DNA of 64,000 bases from the IMG/VR virus record IMGVR_UViG_3300042549_008416. One strand, given 5' to 3'. Shown here piece after piece: positions 57,960-64,000 of the stretch. Below the pieces are notes generated by a model. The model saw nothing but the letters and a program-made list of their open reading frames with translations, was not told the DNA's origin and did not search any database. The stretch's first letter is position 1; every line of letters starts with the position of its first letter. The position numbers and the translations under genes were made by a program. The stretch is from an uncultured virus (IMG/VR IMGVR_UViG_3300042549_008416). Taxonomy: Duplodnaviria > Heunggongvirae > Uroviricota > Caudoviricetes.

Positions 57960-58796
57960 ATGGCAGAAAAATTTGAGACAGAAATCATTGAACCTGAAGA
58001 AAGGAAAGCAGTAGACTACAATCCTCTTGACGAACAAGTTAATGAGAAAGCGTATACTACTCCAAATACAAATACGCAAGGTATTGACTTAAATGCTCCT
58101 ATACCTGAGCCGAGATTTACTCCTCCGCCAATGGATAAGAGGACAATAAATCAAGAACAAGGAAAACAACCTAAGCCAGAACCAATGAATCCTGAGATGA
58201 AAAATCTTGGGAAAAAAGATACTGAAATGGCGGCAGGTCATATGGCAAAGCTAATCATACAAGGTTATGAGTGGATGCACCAGTTGGCTAACAAAGGTTT
58301 ACAAGTCTCTGAAAAAAAATTAAATAAATTACAAGCTGAAGGAGAAATCAATCTTAATGCAATGATTGATTACGACTATGGCAAAAAAATTCGTGCTGGA
58401 GATTTCTTTATTGAATATAATCAGCAAGTAAGTAATGTATTAACTGTAAGCCAAGAATTTAAAGATGAAGCGACTCCGCTGCTTGAAAAAGTCTTAGCGA
58501 AGCGTGGTATCGGAATGACAGATGAGCAAATGCTTATGTTTGTATTTGGTAAAGATATTGCAGCTAAGTCTATGATATTCTTCCAACAAAAAGCACAGAT
58601 GAATCATATGTTGGCAAGCATTAAAGAATCAACGATGGCTCAATATGCACAAGCTGCACCGCCACCGCCACCTCCAATGCAATCTGAACCCCAACCGCAA
58701 CCGCAACCTACTCAACCTGAAGCAGAATATATCGCAGTAGAACCAGAAGAAGAAGTCGCACCGAAAAAAAGAGCTGGTAGACCAAGAAAAATTTAA
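57960..58796 (+). CDS. hypothetical protein upstream of the packaging ATPase
   Basis: Pro-rich segments; C-terminal AT-hook-like KRAGRPRK. Confidence 0.75.
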   Translation: MAEKFETEIIEPEERKAVDYNPLDEQVNEKAYTTPNTNTQGIDLNAPIPEPRFTPPPMDKRTINQEQGKQPKPEPMNPEMKNLGKKDTEMAAGHMAKLIIQGYEWMHQLANKGLQVSEKKLNKLQAEGEINLNAMIDYDYGKKIRAGDFFIEYNQQVSNVLTVSQEFKDEATPLLEKVLAKRGIGMTDEQMLMFVFGKDIAAKSMIFFQQKAQMNHMLASIKESTMAQYAQAAPPPPPPMQSEPQPQPQPTQPEAEYIAVEPEEEVAPKKRAGRPRKI

Positions 58797-58798
58797 TT

Positions 58799-59599
58799 AT
58801 GGGAAGAGAACCTAAATTACTTGTAGCTGTTGGCAAAAAAGGTGTAGGTAAATCATATACTACAAAAGAAATGATGAATCAATATGCTTATGTAAATCCT
58901 AAGCGTAGAGTTTTAATTTTAGATGTAAATGATGAATACTTTGACATTAAGGCATTAAGTATACAAGATATTGGATTGTTTTCAGTACATCCTCAAATCG
59001 AAGTAAGGAGAATCAGACCATTTTTAGATAATGGTAAGAGAATGACACTAGATGATATTGCATCAACGCTCTTTATTATTCTTGAAACATTTAGGAATGG
59101 ATTACTACTCGTAGAGGATATTAATAAGTATATCAGTGATACTATGCCTAATGACTTGGTAGGTGCTATCTGTACGAATAGACACATAGGCGTAGACATC
59201 ATAATGCACTATCAATCTATTGGTAGGATTACATCAAAGGTATGGCAGAACCTAAATATAATTAGGATGCATAAGATTACCGATGCTGTAAAGAAGCATA
59301 AGCATAAGTTTGAGGATAAGTACGAATACATATCGATAGCAGAGATAATGATTAATCAAGAGTATGAGAAGGGCAACAAGCACTTCTTTGTATATGTAGA
59401 CGTAGATGATGAAAAAGTTTATGGCTCGTTTACAACAGCTCAATACGATAACGCAGTAAATATCTTTATACAGAACAACTATGCAAATGTTATCACTCCT
59501 ATGCTAAATGCTCGTGGAATGGATGGTAAAAAGGTGCATACAGCCCAATCTGCCATAACTGAATATAAAAGAAGGCTATTATCTTATATGAAAAAATAG
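58799..59599 (+). CDS. FtsK/HerA-superfamily genome-packaging ATPase (A32/P9-like)
   Basis: Walker A GKKGVGKS, ILDVNDEY, Walker B LLLVED, NRHIG (Arg finger), HYQS; 266-aa stand-alone protein. Confidence 0.8.
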   Translation: MGREPKLLVAVGKKGVGKSYTTKEMMNQYAYVNPKRRVLILDVNDEYFDIKALSIQDIGLFSVHPQIEVRRIRPFLDNGKRMTLDDIASTLFIILETFRNGLLLVEDINKYISDTMPNDLVGAICTNRHIGVDIIMHYQSIGRITSKVWQNLNIIRMHKITDAVKKHKHKFEDKYEYISIAEIMINQEYEKGNKHFFVYVDVDDEKVYGSFTTAQYDNAVNIFIQNNYANVITPMLNARGMDGKKVHTAQSAITEYKRRLLSYMKK

Positions 59600-59652
59600 T
59601 AAAAACAACAGACATTATATACGATTATTGATTAAACAACAATAATCAACGT

Positions 59653-59690
59653 AAAATCATTGACAATAAAAAGGTCAGTGATTTTTTTTT
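59653..59690 (+). terminator. intrinsic terminator
   Basis: AAAATCATTGAC/GTCAGTGATTTT stem followed by a T-run. Confidence 0.7.
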
Positions 59691-59706
59691 GTGTTATTTT
59701 CCAGCA

Positions 59707-59714
59707 TAAATTTG
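59707..59714 (+). promoter_or_regulatory. -7 promoter element TAAATTTG
   Basis: Directly after the terminator, about 350 nt upstream of the candidate capsid gene. Confidence 0.5.
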
Positions 59715-60060
59715 ATACATAATTGTTCTTTGATTGCTATTTCTGGAAGGGTCGATATAAAATCTTGAATTTGTATTCATTTTTGAATAGAGATTTGGAA
59801 GGACTATTAATCTAAGATAGAAGGTAAAACTGGGTAATATAAGTAGAGACTAAGTATTATTTCTTTTGTAAGACATAAAATTGAAAATCTATGAGTAGTA
59901 TCAAGTTGAACTCTGAAATCTTAAAGGAAAGGACAGACTCGTTAAAGGAAAGTTTTTTATGGTTTTTAGTATTGATACTAAAAAAATAAATAATGCCCCC
60001 TGAAACACACAAAAAAAAGTAATCATAAAATAAATTTTTAACAAACAAATATTAACTAAA

Positions 60061-60798
60061 ATGTCAGTAAGAAACTACATCGACAACGCACGCAGAGGTA
60101 ACTACTCTAATTGGACTGGTGATGCTGCTCCTCAAAATGGTGGCTACCGTAACTTTACAAGTGCCGTTCAAACGAACGACCCTCAATCTCCTGTAAGAGC
60201 ACAAACAAGACCTTTTGCAAACGCAGCTGGTACTGGTAACAATGCTCCTCAATCTCAACCTTACATCTTAACTGTAAGCAACGCTTCTGCTGCTGCCGTA
60301 AGTAACTTTGATGTATTAGGTGCTTTCACTTATATCGGAAACAGTGGTTTCGCAAATGGTAGCTTGACTATCTCTGGCGTTACTATCTCTTCTGCTATCA
60401 GTAACGTAAACTACCAACAGTTCTTGTATCAATCGATGCAACAGCCATTCTCTGTAGGTCTAACTTACATCGAGAGTACTTCTGGTACGTCTGCACAAAT
60501 TACACAAACCTTCACATTAAATACTCAAGATGCGAATGGTAACCAATTATTGAGAACAATCGTTCCAACTATTGACCCTTACCAACAACAATCTACAATT
60601 GTAGCTGTTAAGCAACAGTATTCTATTGATGGTTTCACTAAGTTAACTTTCAGCACTATTGGTGCGTCAGTTGTGTTCCGCATTCACTTCTACCCTAGCA
60701 CAAACATTAACTTGTCTGCTGGTTTACAAGGTCAAAGCGTAGCTCAAGCTTATGGTAATCCTAATATCGTAGGTGTACCTACTTATATTCAAGGGTAA
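60061..60798 (+). CDS. candidate major capsid protein (jelly-roll-like)
   Basis: Follows the packaging ATPase; high-expression codon usage (AAC, TAC, TTC, ATC); beta-rich S/T/N/Q composition; own terminator. Confidence 0.55.
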   Translation: MSVRNYIDNARRGNYSNWTGDAAPQNGGYRNFTSAVQTNDPQSPVRAQTRPFANAAGTGNNAPQSQPYILTVSNASAAAVSNFDVLGAFTYIGNSGFANGSLTISGVTISSAISNVNYQQFLYQSMQQPFSVGLTYIESTSGTSAQITQTFTLNTQDANGNQLLRTIVPTIDPYQQQSTIVAVKQQYSIDGFTKLTFSTIGASVVFRIHFYPSTNINLSAGLQGQSVAQAYGNPNIVGVPTYIQG

Positions 60799-60817
60799 TC
60801 CACAAACTCTATAACCG

Positions 60818-60862
60818 AAAAAGGGGGCTATGATTGTCAATCTTTCATAAGCCCCTTTTTTT
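60818..60862 (+). terminator. intrinsic terminator
   Basis: AAAAGGGGGCT.ATGA/TCATAAGCCCCTTTT stem followed by a T-run. Confidence 0.8.
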
Positions 60863-60875
60863 CTAATCATCAGCA

Positions 60876-61349
60876 ATGACGAATTTTCCGTATGTACAAG
60901 AAGTCCTACCTGATGCTCAACCATCAGCGATGAATGTATATGATTATATAGCAAATGTGAATCCTGATGCTGCAAATAGTGTTTGTAAAAAGTATGGCTA
61001 CTATCAAATAGAAAATTTAGAAGAGCTTGCTTGGTGTCTTAGACAAATTGTAGCAGATAATGGAGAGGAATCATTAAAAAAAGTTATGGAATTGCATCCT
61101 GATAAGGAAGTGATTCTTGAATTATTTGAGGTCAAACCTGAACCCAAAAAGGAAGAAATATCTTCAACCCCAATTATGATGAATGCTGATGGTAATAAAG
61201 ACTGCGGCTGCGGATGTGGATATAGATGCGGACTTAATATGAGAAATGCAGACGGAAGTGCATCAACTGGAATAGCAAGTCAAACAAATATGATTATCTT
61301 AGTAGCTGCTATGATAGTTTCTATTTCTATAATTTCAATGAAAAAATAA
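60876..61349 (+). CDS. tail-anchored membrane protein with CGCGCG motif
   Basis: NADG x2, C-terminal TM. Confidence 0.75.
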   Translation: MTNFPYVQEVLPDAQPSAMNVYDYIANVNPDAANSVCKKYGYYQIENLEELAWCLRQIVADNGEESLKKVMELHPDKEVILELFEVKPEPKKEEISSTPIMMNADGNKDCGCGCGYRCGLNMRNADGSASTGIASQTNMIILVAAMIVSISIISMKK

Positions 61350-61352
61350 GTT

Positions 61353-61889
61353 ATGAAACAAAATTTTGCAGGTCAACCTGATGGTGGTGGTGCTTTAGGA
61401 TATGCTGGCCCTTTTCCAACTTTAACTGGTAAGGATTTGATGTCAGATGTAAACCCTAATCAATCTACTATTTTTAGACCTTACCCACGTTTTGTAGATA
61501 ACTGTAAAACAAAAAAATGTATGAAAAATTCTATGAAGAATTTCGATGATTATAATAATTATGGTAATGAAGATTCTGAGACCAATGAAAGAGGCGGCGG
61601 ATTCTTTTCTTTAGGAAATTTGAATCTAGGTGATTTATTTAGAACTGGTACTACTATTTATAGCGAAACATCGAGAAATCAAGCTATGAGAGACCAAGCG
61701 GCATTAGCACTTCAGATTGAGCAACAAAAAGCAGCTCAGGCTAAAGCTCTTGCACAACAAAAAGCAGCAGAATCAGGTTCATATGCAGGTAAAATCAAAG
61801 CTTATACAACTCCAATTATTGTTGTTGGTGTATTAACAATTGGTGGTATTGCAGCGTATTTCTACTTTAAAAAGAAAAAAATTAGCTAA
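61353..61889 (+). CDS. tail-anchored membrane protein
   Basis: C-terminal IIVVGVLTIGGIAAYFYFKKKK. Confidence 0.75.
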   Translation: MKQNFAGQPDGGGALGYAGPFPTLTGKDLMSDVNPNQSTIFRPYPRFVDNCKTKKCMKNSMKNFDDYNNYGNEDSETNERGGGFFSLGNLNLGDLFRTGTTIYSETSRNQAMRDQAALALQIEQQKAAQAKALAQQKAAESGSYAGKIKAYTTPIIVVGVLTIGGIAAYFYFKKKKIS

Positions 61890-61891
61890 TT

Positions 61892-62461
61892 ATGGCTGAA
61901 TTAAGTACTGAAGCAAAAGTTGGCATTGGATTAAGCTTGCTCGCTGCTCTAGGAGTAGGGGGCTTCTTGATTTATAAATCAATGAATGCTAAAGAAGATG
62001 CACCTTTAACTGCGGCACAAATTGCTGCTTTATCAAAGTTAAATCCTCCAGCACAAGCAGCTGCATTAAGACAACAAAATCCTAATATTAGTGATGAAAA
62101 ACTTTTAAAAGCTCTTAAAGAACTAGCGAAAGGACTTAAAGGTGGTGGCGGCTCATCTGGTGGTGGAGCACCATCTGGTGGTGGCTCAGGCTCTAAACCT
62201 AAACCTAAACCTAAACCTAGTGGCTCTGGCTCTAAACCTAAAGACGGATATGACGATGGATATGATGATGAAAAGGATGGATATGACGAGGGATATGATA
62301 GCAAGGATGGCAGTGGATATGACAGCGGATACGGCGGTGGATATGGCGGTGGATATGGCGGTGGATACAGCGGTGGATACAGCGGTGGATACGGAGATTA
62401 TAGTGCAAGCTATTCAGGAGGATATGATAGTGGTGGATATGGTGGCGGGTTTAGTTATTAA
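61892..62461 (+). CDS. N-anchored membrane protein with Gly/Tyr-rich tail
   Basis: TM, then (KP)n, (DGYD)n and (GGGY)n repeats. Confidence 0.75.
   Translation: MAELSTEAKVGIGLSLLAALGVGGFLIYKSMNAKEDAPLTAAQIAALSKLNPPAQAAALRQQNPNISDEKLLKALKELAKGLKGGGGSSGGGAPSGGGSGSKPKPKPKPSGSGSKPKDGYDDGYDDEKDGYDEGYDSKDGSGYDSGYGGGYGGGYGGGYSGGYSGGYGDYSASYSGGYDSGGYGGGFSY
62327..62395 (+). repeat. 12-bp tandem repeat GGATAYRGCGGT (GYGG/GYSG)
   Basis: Direct reading. Confidence 0.85.
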
Positions 62462-62471
62462 ATTAAATTAG

Positions 62472-62687
62472 ATGTACGCAAAAAGTTATTTAAAGGCAGT
62501 AGGAGACACAAAAAAAAAGGATACGAATACTGTTATTTCTGAAACGACTAAAGGAACAATGGTAGGTGCTGCAATCGGTGCTGGAATTGGTATCTTTATT
62601 GGTTTTGGAAGAAAAAAGAATTTACTTATGAGTGGCTTCGTAGGAGCAGTAATAGGTGGAGCAATATCAAGAATTTTTATAAAATAA
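62472..62687 (+). CDS. glycine-zipper two-TM protein
   Basis: GAAIGAGIG...GAVIGGAI. Confidence 0.75.
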   Translation: MYAKSYLKAVGDTKKKDTNTVISETTKGTMVGAAIGAGIGIFIGFGRKKNLLMSGFVGAVIGGAISRIFIK

Positions 62688-62710
62688 ATTACTAACAAAA
62701 ATCAATTTTT

Positions 62711-62848
62711 ATGTTTAAAAGTGCAGACGCAACAGAAAAAAAACCTTTTTTAGAAACAGCGACTGGAATTGCTGTATCAGTAGGCGTATTATTCGTTACT
62801 GTATGGGTAGTTTCAAAAGCTTGGAAATCAGGACAAAAAACAGCTTAA
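62711..62848 (+). CDS. 45-aa single-TM protein (not in ORF track)
   Basis: MFKSADATEKKPFLETATGIAVSVGVLFVTVWVVSKAWKSGQKTA. Confidence 0.75.
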   Translation: MFKSADATEKKPFLETATGIAVSVGVLFVTVWVVSKAWKSGQKTA

Positions 62849-62876
62849 TTATTATTAACTATAAAAATCAATTAAA

Positions 62877-62999
62877 ATGGAGACGAAAAAATTATTAGGA
62901 AGTGCTGTAGGTGTTGCAGTTTCTTTAGGATTATTATTCGGTATGGTATGGGTTGCCTCTAAAGCTTGGCAAAAAGGTCAAGAAAAAAAAGGTTTATAA
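62877..62999 (+). CDS. 40-aa single-TM protein, paralog of 62711 (not in ORF track)
   Basis: METKKLLGSAVGVAVSLGLLFGMVWVASKAWQKGQEKKGL. Confidence 0.75.
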   Translation: METKKLLGSAVGVAVSLGLLFGMVWVASKAWQKGQEKKGL

Positions 63000-63000
63000 T

Positions 63001-63159
63001 ATGAAAGTAGGTTCTGCTTTAACGACTATTGGAGCAATAGGTGGATTAGCATATGGTGTATCTAAACGAAAATCGTTTTGGACAACCGCAGGCTTTACTA
63101 TTCTATTTGCCATAGCTGGTGCAGCAGTAGGAACTGCTATAAATACAATTTCAGAATAA
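63001..63159 (+). CDS. glycine-rich two-TM protein
   Basis: ATG at 63001 follows the upstream stop; GAIGGLAYG...GAAVG. Confidence 0.7.
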   Translation: MKVGSALTTIGAIGGLAYGVSKRKSFWTTAGFTILFAIAGAAVGTAINTISE

Positions 63160-63173
63160 ATTAAAAAAAAAAA

Positions 63174-63431
63174 ATGAACAAACAAACAAAAACCCTTTTA
63201 GGAGTAGCGGTATTAGCTGGTGTAGGCTATTATCTTTTTACACAAAACAAGAAAAAGTCATTCGCAAACTTTTCAGACAAAGTTAAAATGACTCCAAAAT
63301 GCAAAGGAGATTATGGTAAAGATGCAGAAGGTCGTTATATCTGCTGTAAGCAAGGATGGCGTAGTAATGCATCTGATGGACAACCTTGTGGTGGCGGTGA
63401 AGGTGGTGGCCAAAAAGAATTAGCATTTTAA
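63174..63431 (+). CDS. N-anchored membrane protein with 4 Cys
   Basis: LLGVAVLAGVGYYLF; C...CC...C. Confidence 0.75.
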   Translation: MNKQTKTLLGVAVLAGVGYYLFTQNKKKSFANFSDKVKMTPKCKGDYGKDAEGRYICCKQGWRSNASDGQPCGGGEGGGQKELAF

Positions 63432-63448
63432 TTTAAAAAATAAATAAG

Positions 63449-63790
63449 ATGGATAAGCAAACAAAAATGTATGTTGGCTTAGGTGTTGCTGCGGTGGCAG
63501 GATACTTACTTTACGACAACTGGAAGAAGAATCAACCAGTAGCTCCAGCTAAATCTTTCTCTGGAAATGTAACTACCGATGTAGTTGGCCGTAGAAAAAT
63601 TGCTATGGTAGGGTTAGATGCTACTCAAAGACAAAACGCAGTAATTAAAGATTCTCCATTTGCTTGGGGTAATTTTTCTGCTCAAAATGAAAAGATTAAA
63701 GACGGAACTTGGGCAAGTGCAGTAGGCGACAATATCGCTCCAAACTTTTTCAATGTTCACGACTCAGAAAATTCATTTAGAAACCGCTAA
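63449..63790 (+). CDS. N-anchored membrane protein
   Basis: MDKQTK..VGLGVAAVAGYLLY, similar N-terminus to 63174. Confidence 0.75.
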   Translation: MDKQTKMYVGLGVAAVAGYLLYDNWKKNQPVAPAKSFSGNVTTDVVGRRKIAMVGLDATQRQNAVIKDSPFAWGNFSAQNEKIKDGTWASAVGDNIAPNFFNVHDSENSFRNR

Positions 63791-63854
63791 TATTAGCTGA
63801 AAATAAGTATTTTTGATAGGCATTTGGTTTCCAAGTGCCTATAATACTATATAT

Positions 63855-64000
63855 ATGGAAATGTCAGCCAATAAAAAATGGAAAATGAGTGGCAGCACGC
63901 TGTCATTTAAAGAGTGGATTGATAGGGAAAATAAGAAAAAAGAGCCCGAAGGTAATTTTATCCCTTTTATTCCAGATACAAGTGCAAGTAAAACTATCGA
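63855..64000 (+). CDS. hypothetical protein, truncated by window end
   Basis: MEMSANKKWK...; TATTTTTG box at 63808 and hairpin 63816-63842 upstream. Confidence 0.6.
   Translation, partial: MEMSANKKWKMSGSTLSFKEWIDRENKKKEPEGNFIPFIPDTSASKTI

Noticed and set aside
61972..62471. ORFs 61972-62304 (-) and 62142-62471 (+)
   Set aside because: Alternative frames of the repeats in 61892-62461
62953..63000. Track start at 62953 for the ORF ending at 63159
   Set aside because: Overlaps the 62877-62999 microprotein; ATG at 63001 is the better start
1010..63790. Stop-codon reassignment
   Set aside because: Genes tile densely under the standard code and all three stop codons end genes normally
63816..63842. 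Hairpin as an intrinsic terminator
   Set aside because: No following T-run on either strand; it lies just after a -7 box, so a 5' stem or operator is more likely
1..64000. Eukaryotic NCLDV origin suggested by Erv1, the A32-like ATPase and DUF5754
   Set aside because: Bacteroidota-type promoters, intrinsic terminators, coupled operons, peptidoglycan hydrolases and holin/spanin-like genes indicate a bacterial host

Overview
AT-rich, gene-dense segment of a large dsDNA virus genome, almost entirely on the + strand and read with the standard bacterial code. The host is most likely Bacteroidota: several TTTG-N20-TAnnTTTG promoters, A-rich leaders without Shine-Dalgarno sites, and DUF3127/DUF4494-like genes. 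Layout: a purine-rich non-coding left end (1-1000); small early genes including an Erv1/Alr sulfhydryl oxidase, an HTH regulator, a replication initiator, SSB-like genes and tRNA-Gln (1-13.2 kb); a glycosylation/methylation cluster (9.8-23.3 kb); an inverted peptidoglycan-enzyme cassette (23.3-26 kb); large polyvalent/cargo-type proteins with a strawberry-notch helicase, a MoxR-like ATPase and a zincin (26-55 kb); a lysis cassette (49.4-51.3 kb); and a morphogenesis block with an FtsK/HerA (A32/P9-like) ATPase, a candidate jelly-roll capsid protein and many small membrane proteins (55.4-64 kb). No terminase, portal or tail gene was recognised in this window. Main hypotheses: (1) an unusually large, internal-membrane, non-tailed bacterial virus carrying several NCLDV-like genes; (2) seven proteins built from modules separated by about 40 [FYML]-x-x-G-G motifs, suggesting protease-processed virion polyproteins. 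All family assignments come from motif recognition by eye, not database searches.
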